From NCBI RefSeq assembly GCF_006345805.1, contig NC_043015.1, forward strand, positions 50,282,001 to 50,346,000: a stretch of DNA of 64,000 bases. The letters run 5' to 3'. The position numbers were made by a program, and so were the translations under genes. This DNA is from Octopus sinensis (taxonomy: Eukaryota). The notes under the pieces were generated by a model. That model worked only from the letters and a program-made list of their open reading frames with translations, had not been told where the DNA came from and searched no databases. Below, piece after piece: positions 39,493 to 53,345 of the stretch; within the stretch, counting starts at the first letter, position 1; the number at the start of each line of letters is the position of its first letter.

Positions 39493-39545
39493 AACGAATA
39501 ATAATAATAATAATAATAATGATAATAATAATAATAATAGTAAAT
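39120..39545. repeat. Long (AAT)n array. Other long arrays: (CA)n 37085-37575, (GAA)n 38510-38620, (AT)n 40480-41100 and 44190-44550, CA/TA-rich 49250-50470, (TCT/TCC)n 61490-61690
   Basis: Direct reading. Confidence 0.95.
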
Positions 39546-40504
39546 AATACTAGAAGCTAAAACAAAAAAAAGGTCCCCTCCCCTTTTTTCTTGAATAAAA
39601 TAACAAAAATCAATGGCAAGCACCAAACAGTAATAAAGATGAGTAACATTTTAAAATGTTCAATGTCACCCTTTTTATACCCTTTCATACACCCTTTTTA
39701 TTCAATGTCACCCTTTATTACAATAGTCTGTTGTTGTTGTTGTTGTTATTGTTGTTGTTATTGTTGTTGTAGTTGTGAGGGTTATATAGAGAAAATTATA
39801 GTAACTATTTTTATTTTTATTTTTATCTATATCTATATAAATATCTGTTTTATTATTTTTTTTTGTGTGTGTTCTTGGTTTAATGTTTAGTAATTCCAGG
39901 AAAATTGACAATATCACAGCATTAAGCGAAAAAAAAAAAATAGAGACATAAAAATATAGAAATAAAAATAAAATAAAAATAAAATAAACAACAAAGAAAA
40001 CAATTTAGAATTCTCTTTTTGCTGTTGTTGTTGTTGTTGTTGTTATTGTTGTTATTTCACTGTTTATCAACACTCACTACAATCATTGAACGAGATTTAA
40101 AGAATTAATTATTTTTCAACATTTTAAATAAAAGAAATCAAAAAAAAAAAAAGAAAAGATGGGGAGGGAATTATAGCCTAGGAATAAAATTAACTCCAAA
40201 ACACATGTTTCTATAAATGTACTTGCATACAAATATATGCATACATGAATACAGATATACTAAAACCACACACAGACACCTACACACCTACACATATGCA
40301 CACACACATACAACCTGGTGCATACACATACATACTAAACTACATATATACTTCGAAGCACGTGTATCTATATAAATATACACACTTGTGCACATGCATA
40401 CACACACACGCAAGTGTACATATACCAAAGTACATACATACACCTGAAAGCAAATACAGAGATTGTATACACATACACATGAAGATATATATATATATTT
40501 TTAA

Positions 40505-40543
<39 letters not shown>

Positions 40544-40582
40544 TATATATACAGACATATATATATACATGCACATATATTA

Positions 40583-40629
<47 letters not shown>

Positions 40630-40660
40630 ATATATATGTGCATGTATATATATATGTTCG

Positions 40661-40697
<37 letters not shown>

Positions 40698-41043
40698 CAT
40701 ATGTATATATATAATATTATATATACATATATATATATACATATATATACATATATATATATATACACATATATATACATATATATATACATATATATAT
40801 ACAATATATATATATATATATACATATATATATAATATATATATATTATATATATATAGATACATTTATATATATACACACATATATACATATACACATA
40901 TATACATATATACACACACACACACACAATATATACACACACAACATAAACACACACACAAATGTATAAAAGTACTATGCTACAGACATACATCTCAAAA
41001 CATGTAGACATACATACTTGCATACACATACATGAATACATAC

Positions 41044-41078
<35 letters not shown>

Positions 41079-41400
41079 GTAAACTATATACATACGTCAA
41101 GCTATACACACATACTTGCTTTCACACATATTCATTCATTCATTCATTCATTCATTCATTCATGTAAACCACAAACAATAATCTATGCACGTATACACTA
41201 AATTGCACTAAATACAAGCATGTATAAATAGCATGGAAATAAACACATGTTGGAAAGTATATAGGCTCCCCACCAGCACCCCCAGCACCACTAGCACCCC
41301 CACAAAACACACATACACAAAGAAGCATGACTAAACATTATATAACACAGATGATCACACACTGAACCACACAGTCACCAAATCTTACATACACACAAAA

Positions 41401-41432
<32 letters not shown>

Positions 41433-41878
41433 GCACACACACATTACTGTTCATGAATAAACTTTGGATAAAGCATATATACACATATCATACATCAACA
41501 CAATAAACGTACAATTTGACTGCTTCATATATATATAAATATATACACACACATATACACTTATACACACAGAGACGAATAGGCACATATACGCATACAG
41601 GCATGTACATACACATAGGCATATACTCCTGCACAAAGGCAGACAATGACAGACAAAAACAGTCTGATCCTCAGCGGAAAGAAATCAGGGAAATGAAAGA
41701 AATGCAACAAAACAGATTGTTTGAAAATGCTTTTCATTTGAAGCAGTATTGGTTAGATAAGGGTGGGTTTGTTTATTGAGAAGGATCGGGTATGGGTAGT
41801 TCTTATAAATAGAAATATGTGTGTGAAATTATTTGGTCTTTGAATGGACAGAGACATCATAAGATTAAAGAGTGCTGT

Positions 41879-42430
41879 TTAGTGTTGCCAAGGACAAAGC
41901 TACACCACCAGTGCTGGTGCCATGAGAAAATGCAGCCAGGACACTGTATAAGGAAGGTGTTTACTGAATGAGTTGGATTGAGAGGCACATGATCCAGAAG
42001 AAGCTTTAGTCTTGTCAAGGACAAAGCTACCTCATTAGCACTGGCACCATGGGAAGATATATCCAGGACATTGTGTAAGATGTTAGTAAATGAGTTTGTG
42101 TATGACACAGGAACAAGAGGAAGCTTTAGTCTTTGCTAAGGACAAAGCTACCTCATTGGTGCTGGTGCATAAGATGTACCCAGGACACTGTGTAAAATGT
42201 TTAGTAAATGAGTTGGTGTATGGTGCAGGATTGAGAGTAAGTATTAGTCTTGCTAAGGACAAAGCTACCTCATTAGTTCTGGTGCATAAGATGTACTAAG
42301 GACATTGTGTAAAATGTTTAGTGAATGAGTCAGTGTATGGTGTAGGATGAAGAAGAACCTTTAGTCTTGTTGAGGACATGACTACTTCACTAGTGATGTT
42401 GACATAGTAAAATGCATTTAGTAAAATGGT
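41879..42430. repeat. Minisatellite of about 118 bp, about 4.5 diverged copies
   Basis: ttagt(c/g)ttg..aaggacaaagctac starts at about 41879, 42006, 42126, 42245 and 42361. Confidence 0.9.
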
Positions 42431-42599
42431 TAGTAATAAAAGAGTTTTGATCCAGAGAAACTCAGCCAAAATAAACAGTATGGACAAGATGTGGCTTCCT
42501 GGCTCAACAAGGAGGGCAATAATTCCAAATAAGAAATGACTTTGGTCATGCGTTGGACAGATTGAACAGTGACAGGTCGTGATCCAAGGCGTTCCAGCC

Positions 42600-43150
42600 A
42601 GGGCCATCATCACGATCATCGTCATTGTTTAACATCCGCTTTCCATGATAGCATGGGTTAGATTGTTTGACTGAGGACTGGTGAGCCAGAAGGCTGCACC
42701 AGGCTTCAGTCTGATCTGGAAAGTTTCTACAGCTGGATGCCCTTCCTAATGCAAACCATTCTGAGAGTGTAGTGGGTGCTTTTAATGCCACCGGCATGAG
42801 GGCCAGTCAGGCAGTACTGGCAATGACCATGCTCAAATGATGCTTTTTATGTGCCACTTGCACAGAAGCCAGTCTGGCGGCACCGGCAATGACCACACTC
42901 AAATGGTGCAATTTTTTACATGCCACTGGTATGGGAGCCAGTCAGCAGCCCTGGCAATGATCACACTCGAATGGTGCTTTTAACATTCCACTGGCACAAG
43001 TGCCAACCAGGCGGTACTGTCATCAGCCACGTCAGCAATTTTGATTTCACTTGCTTCAACAGGTCTTCGCAAGCATAGTTTATTGTCCAATGATTGAAGG
43101 GTACTCTTAAATGGGCTGGTTATACAGCACTGGCGTAGGCCACAGTTTTC
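42600..43150 (-). mobile_element. Long family C element with four internal units of about 63 bp
   Basis: 3' module plus gtgctttt..atgccac..gca...ggcaatgacca..ctc.aatg repeats and extra 5' sequence. Confidence 0.75.
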
Positions 43151-44104
43151 CCTAGGGTTATATTATTTTTCAATGTGTCATAGTGTTACACATTAGAACA
43201 TATCTATCTATCTATGTCGATACACATGCATATAGTATTAAGGATAATTCAGGACAAGAAAGGCAAGGGAGACAATTACCAAATCCCAAATAAATTTAAA
43301 CTTGAAAAGGAGCATAGAATGCCGAATGAATCATATCTTTGCTAAGTGTAGCAATAACTGCAAACATGTTCCAGTCTTATTAGACCTTGTCAGTTGAAGT
43401 CTTACAAGCAACAGGCTTCAGAAGGTCTAAAAGATTTTTAGCAAGTTCTGAATGCCAACAAGGGTCTTACGAAGAATACCATTGTTTATGCTTACTGTTA
43501 GGCCTCAATAAGCATGGTATAGTCTGGATGTTGCAGTGACCGCTTCGCCAGACAGGTAGAGTATTTACTATAAGTATCTGACATCATTCTAGATGCAAGA
43601 CAATCAATAATAATAATGATGATGATGATGATAATGATGAAGATGGTGGTGGTGGTGATGATGAACATGATGATGATGATGATGATGATGATAAAAATAA
43701 TAATAGATATGATATTAAAAGAATTACTTCCAAATCACAAGGTATTTGTGGATCTCAGTGATGGAAAGAGAGTGAGAGGGAGGGAGAGAAGGGGGGAGAG
43801 AGGGAGAGAGAGAGAGGAGAGAGAAACTCGGTTTATTCATAATCAATGAGAAGAACATCAGTAATGAAGTTTGGGTCACAAAATATAGAGGGGAAAAAAA
43901 AAATAAATAAAAAAATAAAGCAGAAGATAAAATGGTGGCAGCAGTGGTGGTGGGATGAGGTGTATGTATGTGTGTGTGAGGGGTCGGGGGGAGGGAGGGA
44001 GGTAGAACACTTTCCCTGCACACAATATGCATTGATTATGTATGAGGATGGAGAACAAAGCAACATGAATTAAGGCAGACAGAAGAAAAATGGCTTAGAA
44101 AATC

Positions 44105-44174
44105 ACACCATAAATGGTGGAGTGTTTTATATATATATATATGTATATATAAAACACTCCACCATTTATGGTGT
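44105..44174. repeat. Perfect inverted repeat with 31-bp arms around a (TA) spacer
   Basis: acaccataaatggtggagtgttttatatata (44105-44135) is the exact reverse complement of 44144-44174. Confidence 0.95.
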
Positions 44175-44390
44175 CATATATATATATATATATATATATA
44201 TGGTGTGTGTATATATATTATATATATTGTATATTTTATACATATATATAGGTTATATATATATATACAGACATGTTATAATATATATGCAAATATGTGA
44301 GTATATGTATATATATATATATATTATATACACATGCACACATCATATATTGATGTATATCTATATATTATATATATTTTATTATATATA

Positions 44391-44511
<121 letters not shown>

Positions 44512-44512
44512 C

Positions 44513-44549
<37 letters not shown>

Positions 44550-44551
44550 TA

Positions 44552-44766
44552 CTCTTTTACTCTTTTACTTGTTTCAGCCATCCGGCTGAGGCCATGCTGG
44601 GGCACCGCCTTGTTGCTACCCTCTCTAAGTCCAGTTTGCCGTGGTTGGCCACTGATCTAAGAGAGAGTTTGTAGCTTGCTGCCCTTAGGTTACCTTAGTA
44701 CCTTGCAGTGGGTTCATCTGGGATCCCGGAAAGCAGCTTGTCTAGAGTTTTTTGAAAATGTCCCAA
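44552..44766 (-). mobile_element. CR1 LINE 3' end (second subfamily) with (GTAAAAGA)n tail, inserted in a (TA)n array
   Basis: [34 protein letters not shown] parallels FKMKLDLFLSGVPDEPT...RAAASNSLMHQM of the CR1 at 15682. Confidence 0.8.
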
Positions 44767-44818
44767 ATATATATATATATATATATATATAACATATATA
44801 TATATACATATAATATAC

Positions 44819-44850
<32 letters not shown>

Positions 44851-44939
44851 ATATGTATATATATATATAATATATGTATATATATATATATATATAATGT
44901 ATATATAATTATATATATATATATATTATAATATATATA

Positions 44940-44972
<33 letters not shown>

Positions 44973-45140
44973 CACCATATTATGCACACGTACACAAATG
45001 GCCATTTTTGCCCTCTCCTGCCTTCAAAACCACCGTCTCTATCTCTGCATTTCCAGTCAGTTATTTTTCAGCCATGTAACTACACATACTTTTCTCAGAC
45101 TATTCTTTCCCTCCTCTACAGACATTTTCCTCCTTCCTCT

Positions 45141-45171
45141 TTCTGACGAAGAACTATGCTCGAAACGTCAA
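45141..45171 (+). ncRNA. Minimal hammerhead-like motif, partly decayed
   Basis: tt-CTGACGA-a-gaac tat gctc-GAAAC-GTC-aa. Core intact, one stem II mismatch, stem I only 2 bp. Confidence 0.45.
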
Positions 45172-45375
45172 CCCCCACCTCTTTCCTCCACCTAAAGCTT
45201 TCTCTGAGCATCAGCTTACTACATTCACTGTTGTGGCTATATACAATGTCACACAATAACCAACTGTTTATTTATCAATCTATCTATCTATCTATCTGTC
45301 TATCTGTTTGTCTACCTACCAACCTACCTACCTACCTACCTACCTACCTACCTACCTACCTACCTACCTACCTAC

Positions 45376-45425
<50 letters not shown>

Positions 45426-45751
45426 GTCCGTCTGTGTCTATCTATTTATCAATCTATCGATCTATCTATTTGTCTCTCCATACGTCCGTCCGTCCGTCCA
45501 TCTGTTCTTCTGTCCCTCCGTTCATCCGTCTGTCCGTCCATCCGTCCATCCATCCATCCGTCAATCAGACTGTCTGTCCATCCATCCATCTTGTGGTGGA
45601 CCAGGGGGTTGGTGAGGAGCATGTGCCGCCACTCAAGGAAAGAAGTGCGCCCTTCTAAATAATGTCATTATGCCTTTTTATCTTGATATTGTATTCCTTC
45701 TGACCTAAGAAACATTCCTGGGACCGTGCCTTGTATCTATCTATCTATCTA

Positions 45752-45814
<63 letters not shown>

Positions 45815-46155
45815 GTCTGTCTACCAATCTATCTATGATCCTACCTGTCTATCTAAATCTGCCCCTTTAGCTAACTATCTTCATATCTACTTATCTTCTC
45901 TCTCTCTCTCTAAACACACAGACATATATATTCTTTTATTCTTTTACTTGTTTCAGTCATTTGGCTGCAGCCATGCTGGAGCACTGCCTTGATGTATGTA
46001 TGTGTATTTATATACATACATACATACATACATATATATATATATATAAATATCAAGAGAGAGAGAGAGCGAGAGAGAGACAGAGAACCTATGCCAGCAT
46101 GAAAACAGACGTATGATGATGATGATGCTGCTGCTGCTGCTGAGGATGATGATGA

Positions 46156-46193
<38 letters not shown>

Positions 46194-46206
46194 CAAGATA
46201 GGAGAG

Positions 46207-46254
<48 letters not shown>

Positions 46255-46305
46255 GCAGAGACAGAGAACCTATACCAGCATGAAAATAGACGTTAAATGA
46301 TGATG

Positions 46306-46342
<37 letters not shown>

Positions 46343-46354
46343 ATATATATGCAA

Positions 46355-46545
46355 GTGGGCAACTGGGTTTGGGTAAAAGAAAATACAGGAGGATCGGTTA
46401 ATTATGGTTTTATTCAACCTATTCCCCTCTCAGATTCACACACTTATTGCAGTGGTCCTTCAGTTTTTCTAAACCCTGTGAAAGATTTTTGGAATGTTGG
46501 GCCTCCAACAAGTCCTTTTGTAGTACCCCTAAAGTGAGGATCTTT
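46355..46545 (-). mobile_element. Mariner transposase C-terminal remnant
   Basis: Translates ...LLEAQHSKNLSQGLEKLKDHCNKCVNLRGE*VE*, resembling the mariner end GIxKLxxRWxKCVxxxGxYVE*. Confidence 0.6.
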
Positions 46546-47130
46546 TCAGCACTCGCTCATTTATCCATGAATCTATGTAACTATCTACCTACATATCTGT
46601 GTGTGTTTAGCTACCCATTCACTAACACAAACCAGTCACAAGGAAAAAAGTATTCAAAATATAGATTTAATGATAATGTGTGTGGTGTATGTGTGTTATT
46701 TGATGCTCTAGTGTGTTTGGTTTTTAATTTCCTTTTCATGTCCCTTCTAATTAAATAAATGTCATATCTAATGAATGAATAGTCTTTTCTTTAATTTGAT
46801 TCCTGAGAAAAGCAGCTGGAAAAGAGTATCACAGATGTAGAAGCAGTGTAATTTATTTCCATTATTCTGTAAAATCATGTCTGATCATGAAGAAATATTA
46901 CCTCACCTTAATTGGAAACAGGGGTGTGAGTTGGTGACAGTAAAGGCACACAGCTGCAGAAAAATCTCCTTAATAAAAACCCTCCATGTGACCCGTGCAA
47001 GCAGGGTAAAATATGGATGTTAAAATGATGCTGAAGATCATGACAATGAGATGTGTGTGTGTGTGTATAAGAGCCGGCCATTACCTGCATGGTTTGGCTT
47101 TACCAAACATGTACCCTGCTTATCGTTAAG

Positions 47131-47698
47131 TATTGGATTGTCCGGAAAGTTTGTGCTGATTTTTAAAAGAAATTAAAGGTCAATAAATACTTGCCATTAC
47201 AATTTCAAATAACCAAATATGAACCATTTTATTACACAATGTGTCTCCATCTTTCCTTTAACTTAAAAATACCCTCTTTCAGAATTTAGGTGGTTTCATG
47301 GCAAAGAATTTATCAAGGTATCTTTTTACGTCATCCAAGGAATTGAAATTTTTACTATTAAGACTATTCTGCAGAGACCTGAATAAGTGGAAATCTGAAG
47401 GAGCAATATCTGGTGAATATGGAGGGTGGGGTAACACATCCCAGCCAAGCTGCAGCAATTTTTGTCTGGTTCCCAAAGCATCAAGTGCCGAAAATGAACT
47501 TTCTTATCTTCCATTTTAAAGGGTTACAGAATTAACACAGGTTATAGGAACATAAGCTTTCTTCCATGAAAATATAGCTTAAACTGTGCTCTAAATGGAG
47601 GTGTAGTCAAATCCTATTTTATGGACTCAACCATGTTCTAAAATAAGTCAAAAGGTAAGCTATTATAAATTGGCAAGAACTTTCCGGACAACCCAATA
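47131..47698 (-). mobile_element. Internally deleted mariner (mellifera-like) with both TIRs and TA TSD
   Basis: TIR tattggattgtccggaaagtt / aactttccggacaacccaata (20 of 21 match). N-terminus MEDKKVHFRHLMLW is fused out of frame to TRQKLLQLGWDVLPHPPYSPDIAPSDFHLF. Confidence 0.92.
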
Positions 47699-48003
47699 TT
47701 TAGTTACATTTGTAGTTGTGAGTGGATAGGCATCAACTTTGATCCAACAGCACATTCTGGACCATGAGAGCAGGAAGGAGAAAGAGCTGCTACAATACTA
47801 AACCGATACTAATTTCTCTGAGTAGACTGAAGCAATGTGAAACAGAGAGCTTGGCTCAAAGACATGATGTTACAAAAACCTAATCCAGAATCTGAACCTA
47901 TGACATTATGAATTTGTGCCACAAAGCCTTGCACCTCCACACACATGTGTTTGTGTGTACATATATGTATGTGTGTATTCCCTCTATTTAACTCTCTCTT
48001 ATT

Positions 48004-48051
48004 GTCTCTGATGAAGGGAAATCCCTAATATCCAAGAAACAGCTGTAAGAC
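48004..48051 (+). ncRNA. Minimal hammerhead-like motif with palindromic stem III, stem II decayed
   Basis: gtct-CTGATGA-a-ggga...tccaa-GAAAC-agct-GTA-agac. 4-bp stem I and the palindrome ACAGCTGT. Confidence 0.5.
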
Positions 48052-48144
48052 TTTCTCTTTATAAATGTCTTTATAATTCCACATAGCTTTGACTTGGTCG
48101 TCTCATTTTATTTAACATATGTATGTTTATGTGTGTATGTATAT

Positions 48145-48460
48145 TTGACTGTGGCCATGCTAGAGCACTGCCTTTAGTCGAGTAAATCGACCCAAGGACT
48201 TATTCTTTGTAAGCCTAGTACTTATTTAATCGGTCTCTTTTGCTGAAGCGCTAAGTTAGGGGGACGTAAACACACCAGTGTTGGTTGTCAAGCGATGTTG
48301 GGGGACAAACATAGATGCACAAACATATACAGACACACACACACACACACACATATATACGATGGGCTTCTTTCAGTTTCCGTCTACCAAATCCACTCAC
48401 AAGGCTTTGGTCAGCCCGAGGCTATAGTAGAAGACACTTGCTCAAGGTGCCACGCAGTAA
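48145..48460 (-). mobile_element. SINE family A, head truncated
   Basis: Family A tail and core read directly. Confidence 0.85.
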
Positions 48461-50824
48461 CAGCTTTTGTTATATTTCTGCTGCTTTTAAATAAAGTATA
48501 TATATCATCATCATCATCATCATCGTTACATATATATATGTATGTATGTAAGTATATATATATAATGTCAGGCAAATTGGGATACAGTTTTGTCATGCCA
48601 AAAATCTTCGTCTCTGTCACCAATCAAGGAAATCTATATTTTAGAAGTTTACCATTCCTTTTCCTGATTTTTGTACAGGAATGACGCTAGTTTGGTTTTA
48701 ATTCCAATCTTGTATTCCGTTACTGTTCCTCTTACCTGCTCACTTTACTTCCTTACTCTCTCTCTCTCTCTCTCTTCTCCATTTACTCTTGAAATCATTT
48801 CTTTGGCAAACACACACACAGATAGATAGATACATATATATATACACAAATAGACACATACATATATATATACATACACATACACACATATGTACAGACA
48901 GTCTCAGATGCACACACGCACATTGTTGCAGCTAATCTTATAAATAAGAGATGACTCATATCAACAATTGTAATGGTATCTGATTAATTCCAGATCTCTG
49001 ACAGAAAATGGAGGAACTGGTGTGCTAACGTGCGTCTCTCAACATCTAACACATGACTGAGGTTCGCTGTTGTTTGTTTGTTTGTGGTGTGTTTTTGTTT
49101 TACCTTTTGGCTTTTGTCTTTGTCATTACCCCTCCCACTACCATCACCACCACCACCTCCACCACCACCACCTCCACCACCACCACCTCCACCACCACCA
49201 CCTCCACCACCACCACCTCCACCACCACCACCACCACTGAACTGAATTGACTTCATACGCAGACTTAACATCTGCTCATACACGTATATGCACATGTATA
49301 CATAGACACATACATGCACACACACACACATATATAACTATGCACATACAAACACACAGACACTTATACACACATATATACATACATACATACATACATA
49401 CGTACATACATACATACATACATGCATACATGCACACATACACACATATATACATAGATACACAAACAAATATATACACAAACACAATATACATATATAT
49501 ACACACACACATATACATACATATATACACACATACATATATATACACACATATATACATACATATATATACATACACAGACACATATACGTACATATAT
49601 ACATGCACATATATATACATATATATATATATATACACACACACATCTACATACATATACAAATGTATATTCATATGCATACATATGCACACATACATAT
49701 GCATACATATATAAATACACATATACATTCATATACACACACCCACATACATGCATACACACATATATATACACACATCTACAAACATATGCATGCACAC
49801 ACACATATACCTGCATATACACATATACTTACACATGTGCACACATGCACACACATATACACATACACATCTACAAACATATATTCATATGCACACGTAT
49901 ACACACACATACACGTACATATATATATATGCACATATACATACATATACACACACACACATACATACTTACCTATATACAATATCTACATACATATACT
50001 CATACACATCTACAAACAAATACACACACACACATATACCTGCATATACACATATACCTACACATGTGCACACACATACACATCTATAAACATATATTCA
50101 TATGCACACATACACGTACATATATATGCACTTATACATACATATACACCACACACACATACCTATATACAATAATCTACATACATATACTCATACACAT
50201 CTACAAATAAATACACACACATATACCTGCATATACACACACATACATACTTACCAACATATACACACACATATACCTACATATACACACACATACATAC
50301 TTACCAATATACAATATCTACATACATATACTCATACACATCTACAAACAAATACACACACACACACATATACCTGCATATACACCTGCATATACACATA
50401 TACCTACATATCCACACACACACATATACACATACATACTTACATATGCATACACACACACACACACACACAGTCTAGCAAACTTGAAATTTATCGGGAA
50501 CCCTAACACCTATCCATTCATTCTGCCGATAAATTAATAATACATAGGACCGAGTAGCTGAGCCGAGATTTACCGCCGCCATCAAAGACGATGGTTAGGG
50601 AAAGAGAATGGTGTGGAGATATACAAGTATAAAACTCTCCGACAACAACTACAACTACAAGACATTCATGGAATAAAATAGACTTTAACCAACAAGAGAA
50701 CGTCTATATTTGGTTAGTAAGCCTGCTAAAAATAGCCACCAAATCTCTCTCAAACTATATCTTACTGTTTGAAAAATAAGAATAAAAAAAAAGATATGAT
50801 TGGATAATGTAAATGATGATGATG

Positions 50825-51090
50825 ATGATGATGATGATCATCATCATCGCTTAACATCCATTTTCCATGCTAGCATGGGTCGGACGGTTCAACTGGGGTT
50901 TGGGAAGCCAGAAGGCTGTGCCAGGCCCAGTCTGATATGGCAGTGTTTCTACAGCTGGATGCCCTTCCAAACACCAACCACTACGTGAGTGTAGTGGGTG
51001 CTTTTTACGTGCCACCTGCAAAGGTGCCAGACGAGGCTGGCAAACGGCCACGATCGGATGGTGCTTTTTACGTGCCACCGGCACGGGATG
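50825..51090 (-). mobile_element. Family C element with two internal units
   Basis: Same 3' module as 30295-30660. Confidence 0.75.
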
Positions 51091-51839
51091 ATGATGATGA
51101 TGATAACGTAAATGATGATGATGATGATGGTGATCATATTTTAGTGTCCATTCTTTTCCATGCTTGCATGGGTGGTTGAATTTGTTGAGGAAGATTTTGA
51201 TTTCCTATGGTCAGATGCCTTATTGTCACTGACCCTCACTTGCAAGGTAATAAATATGTGCTCCATGGCCAGACATGTTTTTGTGGAAGACTGGAAATAA
51301 AGGACAGAGCATGTATAACGGTGGCACTTGTTTACAGCTGTCATCTGATGTCAAAACAAAGAGGCATACTCCTCAAACACACATATATACACACAAAATT
51401 ACACACATGTACATACACACATATATATACATTCACACACACATTGAGCTTCATTTAATTTCCACCAACCATATCCAGTTACAAGGTTTTAGTTGATCCA
51501 AGTCATAGTAGAAGTCATTGGCCAAAGATGATAAAGTGCCACACTGTGGGACTGAACCCCAAACTATTTGGTTGGGGAGCAAACCTTTTAACCACACAGC
51601 CATACCTACATTTTACATTATTCCTAAAATTAAGATTGGATAGTCATGATTGGAATACCTTTGATTACAAGTAGTCCTCAGTGAGAGTAAACCTGGGGTT
51701 AAACAATAACAACCATTTAGTTTGGTAAGTTAGAACCAACACTGTTTAGATAAGAATTGTCCAAAGAATATGAAGAATAAAACTGTAGAGACTTGCTTTT
51801 GATAGAGAAAATGTTTTAAATTCTAGTAATACTGTGAGG

Positions 51840-52140
51840 GTGGAGGCACATGGCCTAGTGGTTAGAGCAGCAGACTTACGGTTGAGGGATCGTGGGTTCG
51901 AATCTCAGACCGAGCAATGTGTGTGTTTATGAGTGAAACACCTAAGCTCCACACGGCTCCGGCAGAAGGTAATGGCGAACTTCTGCTGACTCTTTTGCCA
52001 CAACTTTCTCTCACTCTTTCCTCCAGCATCTTGCAGCTCACCTGCGACGGATCAGCGTCCCATCCAGGTGGGGAACCTATACGCCAAGGAAACCAGGAAA
52101 CGGGCCCTTATGAGTCAGCTGTGGCTCGTGAAGGAACAAA
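51840..52140 (+). mobile_element. Full-length SINE family D
   Basis: A box tggcctagtgg, B box ggttcgaatctc. 13-bp TSD taatactgtgagg at 51827-51839 and 52141-52153. Confidence 0.9.
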
Positions 52141-52371
52141 TAATACTGTGAGGAATGATAAATTGGTTTGATTTCATTCTATGAAGAAGATGAGGAAAAA
52201 AAAACAACTCCCTTGGGGAGGATGCTCATTAATAACAAATATTATCATCAGCAGATGATCTAGCACTTATTTCTGATAGATGAAGGTGGATATTTCCTAC
52301 AGATAGCAGACCAGTCAATTGATTACATTATTTACATTTGACGGATAATTGTCCTCATCTTGTTTGTTGTT

Positions 52372-52417
52372 AACACAACGTTTCGGCTGATATACCCTCC
52401 AGTCTTCATCAGGTGTC
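52372..52417 (-). ncRNA. Minimal hammerhead ribozyme motif
   Basis: gacac-CUGAUGA-a-gacug gaggguauau cagcc-GAAAC-GUU-guguu. Core intact, one stem II mismatch. Confidence 0.65.
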
Positions 52418-52597
52418 TTGGGGAAATATCACTCCATAATTGCCCATGAGCATATGATGTAGTGGTTAAAAGTGTGGGCTACTAACCCCAAGATTCCGAG
52501 TTTGATTCCAGGCAGTGACCTGAATAATAATATTAATAATAATAACAACATCGAAAAATACCTGAAGAATGAGAACCCAAATTTGAAATTTTCCCAA

Positions 52598-52640
52598 GAT
52601 ACCTGATGAAGGCTGGAGGGTATATCAGCTGAAACGTATT
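52598..52640 (+). ncRNA. Hammerhead motif, probably inactivated by a 3-nt deletion at the cleavage triplet
   Basis: gatac-CTGATGA-a-ggctg...cagct-GAAAC-gtatt. Confidence 0.45.
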
Positions 52641-53345
52641 AACAATGAAAAAGATGAGAACGAATATCTGTCAACTGTAAATAATGTACATAATTTCTCA
52701 TCTCTTAAATATAGAACTGTATTATCCATTGATTATCTGACAGTTGAGTGATAACTTACTTCCTGGATAGGATGTGAATCTAGTGTGGTTAACATCTTCA
52801 GAAGATCTAGTTCCTAATGGCAACAGATGTGTGATAAGTACTCTCTTGGACAGGACACCAGTCTACTACAGGTGACATTTCCTAGTGACCTAGTACTTCT
52901 TTGTAACAGACGAATGAGAAATCCTTTCCCGGTGTTGTTAATATCTCCTTCCCTTTTGTCTAGCTACCCCCACCATCTCCCACTTTATTTTTGCACTCTT
53001 GCAAACTTACCTGACCTCTCACCCTATCCTGTCCCTTGTACCACTTTCTTGTAACTTAAGGACACACCAATGCACCCCTTTTCTGACAGAAGTGGCCGTG
53101 TAATGCCTTTCCTCTTGTAAATTTTAACCTCTTGTCAACTAGCACATGAACCCAATACTACTTCCTCTAAACAACCCCGCCACTCATTTGAGGGGTTTTG
53201 TCATGCAAATCCCTTGGTGACTTCACTGGTGTTAGTGCCATGTAAAAAGCACCCAGTATATGCTGTAAAATGGTTGACATTAGGAAGGGCATCCAGTCAT
53301 AAAAGCTACATCAAAGGCAGACATCAGAGCTTGGTGCAGTCTTCT

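Larger units (their letters stand above)
52322..52721. mobile_element. Penelope-like terminal-repeat insertion: inverted 3' repeat (52322-52428, minus) joined to a forward copy (52429-52721) with ORF stop, tRNA-like segment and hammerhead
   Basis: Homologous to 19715-19985. The arms 52322-52428 and about 52585-52690 are inverted repeats. Confidence 0.82.
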
